Source of the DNA: a virus
IMG/VR virus record: IMGVR_UViG_3300030099_005838
Direction: 5' to 3' (one strand)
Length of the DNA stretch: 64,000 nucleotides
Shown here: piece by piece, positions 10,314 to 20,236 of the stretch
Layout of the letters: each line of letters begins with the position of its first letter
How positions within the stretch are numbered: the stretch's first letter is position 1
Made by a program: the position numbers and the translations under genes
The notes under the pieces: model-generated
What the model was told of the DNA's origin: nothing
The model's database searches: none
The model's input: only the letters and a program-made list of their open reading frames with translations

Positions 10314-11018
10314 ATGGGAGTAGCAAGTAATCCATCAATAGTAAAGTCAGGCCTTATAGGATTTTACGATGCAGTTGCAACAGGTTCCTCTGCAAGCACC
10401 TGGCAGGATTTATCAGGCAACAGTAATAATATCACGTTATCAGGTACTCCTACTATGGCTTCTTATAATCAACAATCCATTATGCATTTGGAAAAGGAAG
10501 ATGGTCAATACGGTACATTTGGTAGTAACCTGTTTTCTGGTTTGACTACTATGACAGCTAATTTTTGGGTACGATTTGAACAAGTTCAAAGTAGTGCTAC
10601 TACACCCTACTATCAATTACTAATTTTTGAAACATGTTGTTGGATAGCACAATATGGAGGAAAGATAGGAATAGATTTATCTGATGGTAGTTGGTTCGAT
10701 GGTAATGGTGGAACTAATACAGGTGCACAAATAGACGATGGTGGAAGCAATATAACAACAGGTAAGTGGTATAATCCATGTTTTACTTGGGGTGGTACTA
10801 CAGTTAATTGTTACATGAATGGTGAACATCAAAGGTCAAGAACCACAACCGGCGTCGATACTTTAGGTTCAGGAACGACACCAAGAAGAATTGCTTTTAG
10901 GGGAGCGAATACTCAATTTGATGGTGACCTTACTATAATTCAGTTGTACAATAAGACATTAAGTGCTAAAGAGGTGAGACAAAATTATAATGCATTTAAA
11001 GGCAGATTTGGATTATAA
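10314..11018 (+). CDS. LamG/concanavalin A-like lectin domain protein, paralog of the upstream gene
   Basis: W.DLSGN.N, W......TW, IIQLYNKTLSAKEVRQNYNAFKGRFGL. Confidence 0.8.
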   Translation: MGVASNPSIVKSGLIGFYDAVATGSSASTWQDLSGNSNNITLSGTPTMASYNQQSIMHLEKEDGQYGTFGSNLFSGLTTMTANFWVRFEQVQSSATTPYYQLLIFETCCWIAQYGGKIGIDLSDGSWFDGNGGTNTGAQIDDGGSNITTGKWYNPCFTWGGTTVNCYMNGEHQRSRTTTGVDTLGSGTTPRRIAFRGANTQFDGDLTIIQLYNKTLSAKEVRQNYNAFKGRFGL

Positions 11019-11044
11019 AAAAACATTTTTTTTTGTATTTGAGA

Positions 11045-11051
11045 TATTTAT
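11045..11051 (+). promoter_or_regulatory. Putative phage late-promoter box (A)TATTTAT
   Basis: Same motif recurs 25-67 nt upstream of eight gene starts. Confidence 0.55.
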
Positions 11052-11085
11052 TTAATAGTTATTAATAACCAAATAGGAGTTACAA

Positions 11086-11397
11086 ATGTCAGAAATTAAA
11101 TTTTCAGAGGAAGAGCTAAAGTCTCTTCAGGATTTAAGTCAAAAATATCAAGCAATTCAAGCAGGATTCGGACAAGCTAAAGTTCAAAAGATGGTTTTAG
11201 AACAACAGATGGATAATTTAGAGGAAGCAGAATCCAAGCTAGAATCTGATTGGGTTGAAAATCAAGAAACTGAAAGGTCTTTAGTTGCAGAACTTACTGA
11301 GAAGTATGGTCCTGGTACATTAAATCCTGAAACAGGAGTTTTCGTACCTACACCGCAGCCTGAAGCTCAACCAGAAGTTGTAGAAGAAGAATCATAA
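11086..11397 (+). CDS. Small acidic coiled-coil protein (prefoldin-like; function unknown)
   Basis: Good SD (AGGAG); heptad-rich helices then KYGPGTLNPETGVF. Confidence 0.6.
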   Translation: MSEIKFSEEELKSLQDLSQKYQAIQAGFGQAKVQKMVLEQQMDNLEEAESKLESDWVENQETERSLVAELTEKYGPGTLNPETGVFVPTPQPEAQPEVVEEES

Positions 11398-11423
11398 AAA
11401 AATAAAATAAATTTCTAGCGAAA

Positions 11424-11453
11424 TTGTATTTGGGAAAATTAAATTATATTTAT
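11424..11453 (+). promoter_or_regulatory. Putative promoter TTGTAT-N17-TATTTAT upstream of the sheath gene
   Basis: The same 17-nt spacing occurs at 25425 and 29854. Confidence 0.6.
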
Positions 11454-11488
11454 ATATAATCTAATTTCTAAATTTAAGGAGAAAACAC

Positions 11489-13996
11489 ATGGCAGAGAGA
11501 ATAGTCAGTCCAGGTGTATTTACTCGTGAAAGGGATTTATCTTTCTTACCAACTGGTGTAGCAAATATTGACGCAGTAATTGTAGGTCCAACTCTAAAAG
11601 GGCCTTCTTTTGTACCGACTCAAGTTACATCAATGACAGAGTTTGAAAGTGTGTTCGGTTCTTTTTCGAGTGATATCTATACACCATATACCGTTAATGA
11701 ATACCTACGATCAGCCGGTTCGGTTAAAGTAGTGAAAGTAGGATATTTAGGTGGTTACAAAGTTTCAGGTTTTAATTTAGTTGTATCACAATCTGAAGCA
11801 CCAGGAAGACATCCAAATATGGTAGTTGCAACATTTTTACCAGCAATAAATAATGTTGGTGGTTCATTAAGTGGTTCTTTAGAACATACTGATACGGGTG
11901 GTAATCGGCGTGCACACGGGTCTGCAAGTAAATTCGATCTCACTATAAACGGTACAAATGCAACCGCAAGTTTAAGTAATTTAACAATACTGGAATCAGG
12001 CGGAGGCACTACGTCTAACTTTTTTGCAGAACAGATACCCGATATAGCTACGGGAAAGAAGATTGGTTCTACTGATGCTCCAGCTTACATATACAAACAT
12101 TTCAGAAGTAATATAGCTGATTTGAATAGTCTTATCACACCATCAGGTAGTTTAAGAATAGAAAACTTCTCTGTCGCAAGTGGATATGACTTTACGTCAG
12201 GCACGGAAACTATAACTGAAAATAATAACAGTATTGATATTACTATAACAGGTAATAGTGATGCCACAAATGCTAGAACACCTTACATTCAAGATCAGAA
12301 TGGGACTAATTTATTCAAAATTTATACCAGAGCCGATGGTACTGAGACAAATAATCATTACGTTATGATTCGTGATGTTAAAAAGCCATCTAATTCTAAT
12401 TCAAGTCCTGAGTTTGCTGAATTCGGATTACAACTGTATGATTTAAGTGCAAATCTTATGGAATCATTCAACAAATTGAATTTAGATCCTGATTCACCTA
12501 ATTTCATTGCAAAAGTAATTGGTGACCAATTTCAGAAAGTTGATAATGAAGGTAATGTGACAATGTATGGAAATTATCCTAATCTTGCAAGACATATCAG
12601 AATCGGTGATTATGATGAGGAAGCATTTAAGTCAAATAAGACTTCACAGCCAATGGGATTTGCTGCTATATTAGATCCAGTCAAATCCTCTGCCCTAATC
12701 CAAGTTCCTACCGCTTCTTTTTCACTAAAACAGGTGGATTTCAGACAGGATGTGAATCAGTATTTAGAAGAAGCTCCTTATGGGTTTAAGATAGATGAAA
12801 GATTTCACGACGAATCATCACTTCTTGCTAATAGAGCACTTATGGCTCCAATACCTAAGACTGAGAGTGTAGGTGGTAATGTTGCATTCAGTCTATTGAA
12901 TATGAAAGGATTTGGAAGTGCAACGACATCTCCAAGTGATACAACTCTTACAGCTGAGAATTCAAATTGGGCTACTGAGTCAATATTTTTGAGTGTATCA
13001 TCATCTGTTAAACAGATGAAGTTTGCAGTTCCATTTCAACATGGATTTGATGGTATAGATCCTGCAAGAGCTCTCAATACTGGTAATGCAATAACATCTG
13101 CTAATTCAATGGGATTTGATTGTTCAACAACAACCGCTAGTGGTTCTGTCGCCTACAAAAGAGCAATTAACGCAGTATCGAATCCAGATGAAATAGATAT
13201 AAATATGTTAGTGACACCAGGTATGGTACATAGTTTACACTCACCCGTAACAAATCATGCTATCAATAAAATTGAAAGTCGTGGTGATGCATTTTATGTG
13301 ATGGATGGTTCAGGATATAGTGCAAATGTAAATACCGCAGTGAACGATGTCGCAACATTGGATACCAATTTTGTAGCTAGTTATTATCCTTGGGTTAAGA
13401 TAGATGATCCAGGCAGGGCTGGTAATATGGTTTGGGTTCCGCCTTCAGTTGTAATCCCTGGTGTGATAGCATTTACCGATAGGGTAGCACATGAATGGTT
13501 CGCACCTGCTGGTTTAAATAGAGGTGGATTATCTAGTGTAAGGATGGCCAAAAAGAAATTAACTCACACCGATAGGGATACACTCTATGAAGGAAGAGTT
13601 AATCCAATCGCAACATTTCCAGGTCAGGGGGTTGTGGTATTTGGACAAAAGACACTACAGGCTAAACCATCTGCTTTAGATAGAATCAATGTAAGAAGAT
13701 TGTTGATTAGACTGAAGAAGTTCATCGCCTCATCAAGTAGATTCTTAGTATTCGAACAAAATGATTCATCTACAAGATCCAGATTCTTAAATATTGTAAA
13801 TCCATTTTTGGAATCAGTACAAGCAAATAGTGGTTTGAGTGCATTCAAAGTTGTTATGGATGATTCGAATAATACTCCAGACGTAATTGATAGAAATCAA
13901 TTAGTAGGACAAATATTCATTCAACCAACAAGAACTGCAGAGTTTATTGTACTTGACTTTACAGTATTACCAACTGGTGCAGCATTTCCTGAATAA
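11489..13996 (+). CDS. Contractile tail sheath protein (T4 gp18-like)
   Basis: N-terminal SPGVFTRERDLS; C-terminal YYPWV..., WFAPAGLNRG, GQKTLQ...SALDRINVRRLL, PTRTAEFIVLDF. Confidence 0.95.
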   Translation: MAERIVSPGVFTRERDLSFLPTGVANIDAVIVGPTLKGPSFVPTQVTSMTEFESVFGSFSSDIYTPYTVNEYLRSAGSVKVVKVGYLGGYKVSGFNLVVSQSEAPGRHPNMVVATFLPAINNVGGSLSGSLEHTDTGGNRRAHGSASKFDLTINGTNATASLSNLTILESGGGTTSNFFAEQIPDIATGKKIGSTDAPAYIYKHFRSNIADLNSLITPSGSLRIENFSVASGYDFTSGTETITENNNSIDITITGNSDATNARTPYIQDQNGTNLFKIYTRADGTETNNHYVMIRDVKKPSNSNSSPEFAEFGLQLYDLSANLMESFNKLNLDPDSPNFIAKVIGDQFQKVDNEGNVTMYGNYPNLARHIRIGDYDEEAFKSNKTSQPMGFAAILDPVKSSALIQVPTASFSLKQVDFRQDVNQYLEEAPYGFKIDERFHDESSLLANRALMAPIPKTESVGGNVAFSLLNMKGFGSATTSPSDTTLTAENSNWATESIFLSVSSSVKQMKFAVPFQHGFDGIDPARALNTGNAITSANSMGFDCSTTTASGSVAYKRAINAVSNPDEIDINMLVTPGMVHSLHSPVTNHAINKIESRGDAFYVMDGSGYSANVNTAVNDVATLDTNFVASYYPWVKIDDPGRAGNMVWVPPSVVIPGVIAFTDRVAHEWFAPAGLNRGGLSSVRMAKKKLTHTDRDTLYEGRVNPIATFPGQGVVVFGQKTLQAKPSALDRINVRRLLIRLKKFIASSSRFLVFEQNDSSTRSRFLNIVNPFLESVQANSGLSAFKVVMDDSNNTPDVIDRNQLVGQIFIQPTRTAEFIVLDFTVLPTGAAFPE

Positions 13997-14013
13997 TAGG
14001 GGAGTACTAAAAT

Positions 14014-14042
14014 AAAGGGGAGTTTTACTCCCCTTTTTTTTA
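14014..14042 (+). terminator. Rho-independent terminator after the sheath gene
   Basis: AAAGGGGAGT-TTT-ACTCCCCTTT followed by a T run. Confidence 0.85.
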
Positions 14043-14151
14043 TTCTAAAAAACTATGAAAAAACTAAGAATGAAAATAACATTCATTTGAATGATTTTTC
14101 AATTTCCTTATATTTATATATGAGAATTAAATTATTAATAGGAGAACTGAA

Positions 14152-14640
14152 ATGCCAGACTTAATCGATCCTTCAGAAATTATGTTCACTCCTTTTGAAC
14201 CTAAACTAAAGAATAGGTTCATTATGTACATAGAAGGGATTCCTGCATATATAATTAAAAGTGGAAACAGACCTAATATTCAATTTGAAGAAATAGTTTT
14301 AGATCATATCAACGTACAGAGATATGTAAAAGGAAAAGGTGTCTGGCAACCATTGGATATAATGTTATACGACCCAATTGTACCAAGTGGTGCACAATCT
14401 GTAATGGAATGGGTAAGATTATCACATGAATCCGTAACTGGTAGAGATGGATATTCAGACTTCTATAAAAAAGATGTTACTTTTAATATGTTAGGTCCTG
14501 TCGGAGATAAAGTAGAAGAGTGGACTTTGAAAGGTGCTTATATCGCTAATGCGAATTTCGGAACAATAGATTGGTCTGTAAATGAATCAGCTGATATAAC
14601 ACTAACACTTAGATACGACTACGCTATCCTACAATTCTAA
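14152..14640 (+). CDS. Tail tube protein (T4 gp19-like)
   Basis: FEPKLKNRF...Y.KGK..WQP..I.LYDPI.PSGAQ.VMEW...G.KVEEWTLKGA....NFG; follows the sheath gene. Confidence 0.9.
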   Translation: MPDLIDPSEIMFTPFEPKLKNRFIMYIEGIPAYIIKSGNRPNIQFEEIVLDHINVQRYVKGKGVWQPLDIMLYDPIVPSGAQSVMEWVRLSHESVTGRDGYSDFYKKDVTFNMLGPVGDKVEEWTLKGAYIANANFGTIDWSVNESADITLTLRYDYAILQF

Positions 14641-14649
14641 GGAGTTTAT

Positions 14650-14859
14650 ATGAGTTTTTTAAGGGAAATGCTTAGCAGTGATGCGAAGATTTCAAGTAAA
14701 AGATTTGTCGGTTTTATGGCATTCTTTATGTTAATATGTAGTTGGGGTGCTGATACCTTTTCTGCATTTGAGGTAAAAGATAAGATATTAGAATGTTTTA
14801 TGTACATTTCAGTCGTTGGACTGGGTGTTACAGCTGCCGAAAAATTTGGTAAAAAATAG
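14650..14859 (+). CDS. Small two-TM membrane protein, holin-like
   Basis: 69 aa, two hydrophobic segments, basic C-terminus, SD GGAG. Confidence 0.5.
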   Translation: MSFLREMLSSDAKISSKRFVGFMAFFMLICSWGADTFSAFEVKDKILECFMYISVVGLGVTAAEKFGKK

Positions 14860-14891
14860 TTATAGTTCTTAATTCAATATAGGAGTCAATT

Positions 14892-15635
14892 ATGGCTGAG
14901 AATAAGTTTCCCACAGAGGTGGTTAGTCTGCCCTCAAAGGGATTGTTGTACCCTAAAGAGAGCCCTCTTTCAAGCGGTGAAATAGAAATAAAATATATGA
15001 CAGCAAGAGAAGAAGATATACTTACCTCTGCAAACCTAATTAAGAAAGGAATTGTCATAGATAAATTACTAGAATCTTTGATTGTTAATAAACAAATAAA
15101 AGTAGATGAGTTATTGGTTGGAGACAAAAATGCTGTTCTAATTGCATCACGAATATTAGCATACGGAAAAGATTATACAGTTACATATATGGGTAAAGAG
15201 GTGAAGGTTGATTTAACCAAATTAAAAGATAAAAAGATGAATGAGAAGTCAATCAGTAATGGTAACTTCTTTGAAATGGAATTACCTGCAACCAAAAGAA
15301 AGATAGGATTTAAACTACTTACTGCAGGAGATGAAAAGGAAATAGATAAAGAGGTAAAAGGTTTGGAAAAAATTGGTGGTGGTGTGACATATACATTAAC
15401 CACAAGATTTAAACATCAGATAACATCGGTAGATGGAAATCCAGATGTTAAACATATCAGAGACTTTGTAGACAATGAATTCTTATCACGTGATTCAATC
15501 GCTTTCAGAGAGTATGTTGATAAGATTACTCCTGATGTTGATATGAATTGGGAATACACAGATGATGAAGGCGAAAGGAGAAGATTTACGGTCCCAATGA
15601 CCGTTTCGTTTCTTTGGCCTTCCGTTAGAGTATAA
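14892..15635 (+). CDS. Baseplate hub/tail assembly chaperone (T4 gp26-like)
   Basis: LPSKG..YP.......G.IEIKYMTAREEDIL motif; ends FLWP; lies between tube and tape measure. Confidence 0.8.
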   Translation: MAENKFPTEVVSLPSKGLLYPKESPLSSGEIEIKYMTAREEDILTSANLIKKGIVIDKLLESLIVNKQIKVDELLVGDKNAVLIASRILAYGKDYTVTYMGKEVKVDLTKLKDKKMNEKSISNGNFFEMELPATKRKIGFKLLTAGDEKEIDKEVKGLEKIGGGVTYTLTTRFKHQITSVDGNPDVKHIRDFVDNEFLSRDSIAFREYVDKITPDVDMNWEYTDDEGERRRFTVPMTVSFLWPSVRV

Positions 15636-15828
15636 GAAAGAAATACACGAACAAATATTTCAGATAAGCTTCAATTCACAGGGTATGTTTTCTTTTACAG
15701 AGATGTACAACATGCCTATATATCTACGCACATTTTACTTTAAAAGACTACAGAAACATTTCAAAGAACAGGCTGCCGAATATGAAAAAGCTCGTAGTGG
15801 AGCATCAAAGCCTTCATTTAAAAAGTAG
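15610..15828 (+). CDS. Unannotated +1-frame ORF (gp51-like hub assembly segment), probably a frameshift extension of the chaperone
   Basis: Reads FFGLPLEYKKEIHEQIFQISFNSQGMFSFTEMYNMPIYLRTFYFKRLQKHFKEQAAEYEKARSGASKPSFKK. Frame is bounded by TGA 15598-15600; first ATG only at 15685. Confidence 0.65.
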   Translation, partial: FFGLPLEYKKEIHEQIFQISFNSQGMFSFTEMYNMPIYLRTFYFKRLQKHFKEQAAEYEKARSGASKPSFKK

Positions 15829-15882
15829 ATTAGTTGATATTTATTATTGAACCCATCTAAAAAATTTACACGGAGATAATTT

Positions 15883-16083
15883 ATGAAACTAACAGAACAG
15901 GGATTTTTAGATAAGCTATATCAAAAATGGAGAGATAAAAAGCTAAGCGGTACCGCAAAAAAAATGTTAGATACTAATCCTGAGCTGAAGAAAGCATTTA
16001 TTAATATTAATAAATCTAATCAACGTGCGATGGACATAATGTGTAAAAAATATCCAAACTTAAAAAACTGTCTTAAAAAGTAA
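15883..16083 (+). CDS. Hypothetical protein (66 aa)
   Basis: SD GGAG and an upstream TATTTAT box at 15838. Confidence 0.6.
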   Translation: MKLTEQGFLDKLYQKWRDKKLSGTAKKMLDTNPELKKAFININKSNQRAMDIMCKKYPNLKNCLKK

Positions 16084-16085
16084 TT

Positions 16086-17606
16086 ATGGCAATCACACCT
16101 GAAGAATACGAAAAGATGACTGTGCAACAGCAAAAAGCTGTTGATTTACAGAACAAGCTCAATGACAAAACCGAAGAGAATAATAGAAAGTTAGAAGAAC
16201 AAATACGACTTAAAAAAGAAGCTTTGGGTGTCGATGCTAGTACTGCAGATTTAAGTGCAAAAATTAACCAACTTAGCGGAACCTTATTAGGAAAATTATC
16301 TTCAATAACAAGTGAGGGTGCTAGTTTCTCAACAATGTTAGAAACCGCTGCACAAAGCGGCGACAAAGCATTGGTTAGTGCAGGTAACAATTTTGCAGAT
16401 TTGTTACTGAAAATAAATGAAGGTGGTATGAGTGCAAAAGATGTATTCGATGAATTAGAAAACACAGACTTTGGTGACTTTACTAAAAATGTTGAAGATT
16501 TAGCACAGGAACTTTCTAATTTACCCGGAATAGAAAAGGTATTTGAGGTAAAGGCAGAATTGTTTAATAATTTAGATAATGCGTTAGGTGGTACTTTGTC
16601 AACTGTACAATCAATATTGACTGCTGCAGGCCCAATTGCTGCACTATCAATAATCGTAGGACTAATAGTCAAAAAATTTATAGATGTTGCCAAACAAACC
16701 TTAGAGGTTAGAAGAAACTTAGGAGTGTCTGCAGTTGATGCATTAAAGTTATCCGGTAGAATGGAAGCCGCAGCGTTACAAACAAAGTTATTAGGTGGGG
16801 ACTCAGAAAAAGCCAAAGAACTTGTAACCGGATTAGTAACAGAGTTTGGAAATGTTGAGGAGGCATCAGCTTTATCAACTAAAAATATCGCAGACTTAAC
16901 AACCGAACTTGGTATAGGTGGTGGTGAGACAGCTAAACTGTTAAAGGTGTTATCAGACGTATCTGGTGAATCATTGGACACCCTTTCATCAACATTAGAG
17001 TTTGAAGCAAGTCTAGCAAGAGCAGAGGGAATACCTGTTGCAAAGGTTATGGCAGATGTCGCACAAAATGCAGATGCTTTTGCAAGAGCAGGTGCTGATG
17101 GTGCGGATGAGGTATTTAGAGCTGCTAGAGCCGCTGCTGATTTAGGAACTAACTTACAAACAGTTGAAGGCGTTATGGATAACTTGGTTGATATTGAGGG
17201 TTCACTAACAAAAGAGATGGAAGCAGAAGCGTTGATAGGTAGACAATTAAATTTAGATAGGGCAAGACAACTCGCACAGGCAAATGACCAACAAGGAGTT
17301 ATTGACGAAATTATTGCTCAGGTTGGTGGGCCAGAAGCATTCGCTAGATTAGGTAGGATAGAGCAAGGGGCATTAGCAGATGTATTTGGTTTATCAGTTG
17401 GACAGTTAGCACCATTTTTAGGAGCTAATGCCGGTGGGGGTGGTGGAGCTGTTGCGACACCACAGGTTGCAAAAGATTCTCTTACTGCAGCGAATAATAC
17501 TAATGATATACTTAGTAAGGAGCATGGTAAGAACCAAGAAAGACATGAAGAATTATTAGGTGCAGTTCAGGATTTAACCAGAGCTACTAAGAGGGCATAT
17601 GCATAA
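16086..17606 (+). CDS. Tape measure-like protein
   Basis: Ala/Leu-rich helical protein with SL..E.EAEAL.GRQLNLDRARQLA motif, positioned after the chaperone. Confidence 0.75.
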   Translation: MAITPEEYEKMTVQQQKAVDLQNKLNDKTEENNRKLEEQIRLKKEALGVDASTADLSAKINQLSGTLLGKLSSITSEGASFSTMLETAAQSGDKALVSAGNNFADLLLKINEGGMSAKDVFDELENTDFGDFTKNVEDLAQELSNLPGIEKVFEVKAELFNNLDNALGGTLSTVQSILTAAGPIAALSIIVGLIVKKFIDVAKQTLEVRRNLGVSAVDALKLSGRMEAAALQTKLLGGDSEKAKELVTGLVTEFGNVEEASALSTKNIADLTTELGIGGGETAKLLKVLSDVSGESLDTLSSTLEFEASLARAEGIPVAKVMADVAQNADAFARAGADGADEVFRAARAAADLGTNLQTVEGVMDNLVDIEGSLTKEMEAEALIGRQLNLDRARQLAQANDQQGVIDEIIAQVGGPEAFARLGRIEQGALADVFGLSVGQLAPFLGANAGGGGGAVATPQVAKDSLTAANNTNDILSKEHGKNQERHEELLGAVQDLTRATKRAYA

Positions 17607-20236
17607 TGGCACTAAAGGATATAAGAACAAACTTAGAAAATTATAAGTTCGGTATTTCCGATCCTCAGAGAATTGATGCCCAAATAGAAGGTGGTGTTGA
17701 CTTCTTTGATGATTTAGAGGGTGGGGTAATCAAAGGGTTCACAACTAAAGTCGTTGCAGGTGAACACCAAACAGAATATAGAAAGTTCTATGAGGGAACT
17801 CCAGTAGGCCCCCGTAGTCATAGTGGTACTTACTATGCAGATTTAAATCCTATAGCAAGTAGAGAATCAATCTATAGGGATGAATCAGGTAATTATGTCC
17901 TACCAGATACGGGTGTAAATACAAATCCACCTGGTACAGAGAGTGGTATACTAAAATTCACACCACCACAGACCACTTTGAGCTTAGAAGATGGATTCCC
18001 TAATCCTATTTTGAATTACATCGATAATGCAAGAAAGTTACAAAATAGTCAGACATTATTAGACCCTCTTACTTTTACAACAGAACTTGGGCCATTATAT
18101 ACTAGTGAAATATCTATTGGTAGATCACCACAATTAATCGTACAACCTAGTTTAGCAAGACCTAATTTTACACAACCTGCGGTTAATTGGACATTTTTAA
18201 ATTCACCTAATCAGCAATTTACAGAAACTTTAGATGGTGTGACACATAGTTCTTTGGTTGATACATTGCTTACTTTCGAACCTGAAGGTGATTTGTTTGG
18301 ACAGTTTACAAAAGTACCTTCTGGTTTAAATGAGCAAAATAACTTTGGTATAGATACATTTAGAAATGTTGCAAATACAGGACCTGATGAGGGTAAGAAT
18401 CTACATCCAGTAATACTCAGACCGATAACATCAACATTTAATGAAAATAATGAGTTTACCAATTTGTTTGGTATACAAGAAATAAATAACACTTTTATAA
18501 CAGTATCATTGATAGATAAACAAAGACTACAAAAGGTATATGATAGAGATATTGAACAAGGTGAGATAATTATAGGTAAGCAAAAACAGTTACAGAGATT
18601 TAACACGAATATAAATACCAGAGTTTTACAACCGTTCTCTATTATCGGCATGGCAAACAACTTTGAAGACGCAACAGATATAGAGAAAACACCTTTCTAC
18701 AGTCCGCTAAGATATTCGGATACCGTTACTTTCACAGAAACATTTGAGACTACGGTTAGGGGACCAAGAGATTCATTTCAAGATACTGGAAATAATGAAT
18801 TTGGATTCTCAGAAGAAGAGGAAGAAACCATAACATATGAAGAATTAGTAACCAGAGAATTAAACTTTCCAGATGGTGCAGGGCAAAACTCTTTAGGTAG
18901 ATTATTTAAAAATAGAAGTTTATCAGTCGGTGCAATGATTGATGCCTATCCAAATAGATACAATAATCCAGAGGGTGTAGGAGAACTTAAAAGTTCCGCC
19001 CCAATTACAATTGATAAAGGTATCCCATCCTTTGTTGGTTCATCAACAGAATTAGCACAGAGAGATATAAATAAAGTTAGTAATAAGGTTGGTGGTAACT
19101 TTCACTCACAAACCAATGTATCTAATTTAGAAAGATATGCTACATTATCATACGGTATGTTAAGTAAAAAATTCAGTTATGAAAAAACATTATTCAGCCC
19201 ATCCGAAAAGTTAGAAAATGAAGAGATATATGAAAATACAGAAAAGGGTACGAGTCTAAAAGGTGATGGTAGAACTAATTTACTAGAAGTACAAAGATTC
19301 GCAGATAAGGGAGAAATAGCCGATAAGATTGGAAATCAAGGTAGTTTAAGAAAAGATATGACGCGAAAAGATTTGACATTAGGTTTTATCAAAGGTAGAA
19401 ATGATGGCGGTGATTCATTAAGTGATACAATAAATATGATAACCCCATTCAATACCGAACCATCCGATGTTAAAGGTGAAGAAGTTGATACCTTTGGAAT
19501 ATCAGGAGGTGAAGTTAAAGACTTTATTAAGTTTAGATTCTTCGATGTGATTGGACAAAGATACATTATACTTAGAGCAATACTTAGTGGTATCTCAGAT
19601 TCTATAACTACAGAATATGGTGAAGAAAAGTATATGGGTAGACCTGATAAACTGTATGTCTATAAGGGTGCTGATAGGGATGTTTCATTTACATTTAAAC
19701 TATACCCAAAGACTAAACAAGAACTACCTGTTCTGATAGAAAAGCTTGATTATGTCGTTGGTTTATGTTATCCAACATATACAACAAATAATCGCATGAG
19801 AACTCCTTTTATGGAATTAACAATTGGAGATATGTTTGTAGATGCACCTGGCATACTAAGAAGTGTTAATGTTACTGTTGAAGATAACACAACTTGGGAA
19901 ATAGACGCCGGATTACAATTTCCAAAACATATAAGTGTAGCATGTCAGTTTAGATACATTGGTTCAGGTGACCTAATAACAGCAAGAGCAAACTCAGATG
20001 GAGCATTACCGGTTCACTATGGTGGTATCAGAAGAACTCCTAATAGTTTAACAAAATTCTATCAAGGAAACGGCGTAGAAGAAAACCAACAAAGTGCATT
20101 AGGTAGGGCAGTAGATGCCTACTTAGGTGATACTGGTTTTGTAAATATAATAACTGAATTTGCAGATGATCCCGTAGACTTTTTTGAGGATGCATTAGAA
20201 AGTCTTGGTAGCACATTTAAAGGGTGGTTATCATGA
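17606..20236 (+). CDS. Baseplate/tail-tube initiator protein (C-terminal gp48/gp54-like domain)
   Basis: C-terminal FIKFRF...LRAILSGISD......Y.GRPD..YVYKGA.R.VSFTFK.YP...P.MELTIGDM...PG.L.SV.V...TWE. Confidence 0.7.
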   Translation: MALKDIRTNLENYKFGISDPQRIDAQIEGGVDFFDDLEGGVIKGFTTKVVAGEHQTEYRKFYEGTPVGPRSHSGTYYADLNPIASRESIYRDESGNYVLPDTGVNTNPPGTESGILKFTPPQTTLSLEDGFPNPILNYIDNARKLQNSQTLLDPLTFTTELGPLYTSEISIGRSPQLIVQPSLARPNFTQPAVNWTFLNSPNQQFTETLDGVTHSSLVDTLLTFEPEGDLFGQFTKVPSGLNEQNNFGIDTFRNVANTGPDEGKNLHPVILRPITSTFNENNEFTNLFGIQEINNTFITVSLIDKQRLQKVYDRDIEQGEIIIGKQKQLQRFNTNINTRVLQPFSIIGMANNFEDATDIEKTPFYSPLRYSDTVTFTETFETTVRGPRDSFQDTGNNEFGFSEEEEETITYEELVTRELNFPDGAGQNSLGRLFKNRSLSVGAMIDAYPNRYNNPEGVGELKSSAPITIDKGIPSFVGSSTELAQRDINKVSNKVGGNFHSQTNVSNLERYATLSYGMLSKKFSYEKTLFSPSEKLENEEIYENTEKGTSLKGDGRTNLLEVQRFADKGEIADKIGNQGSLRKDMTRKDLTLGFIKGRNDGGDSLSDTINMITPFNTEPSDVKGEEVDTFGISGGEVKDFIKFRFFDVIGQRYIILRAILSGISDSITTEYGEEKYMGRPDKLYVYKGADRDVSFTFKLYPKTKQELPVLIEKLDYVVGLCYPTYTTNNRMRTPFMELTIGDMFVDAPGILRSVNVTVEDNTTWEIDAGLQFPKHISVACQFRYIGSGDLITARANSDGALPVHYGGIRRTPNSLTKFYQGNGVEENQQSALGRAVDAYLGDTGFVNIITEFADDPVDFFEDALESLGSTFKGWLS

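Noticed and set aside
14046-14088. Short tandem (AAAAAACTA) and inverted (AATGAA/TTCATT) repeats upstream of the tube gene
   Set aside because: Too short and AT-rich to distinguish from background.
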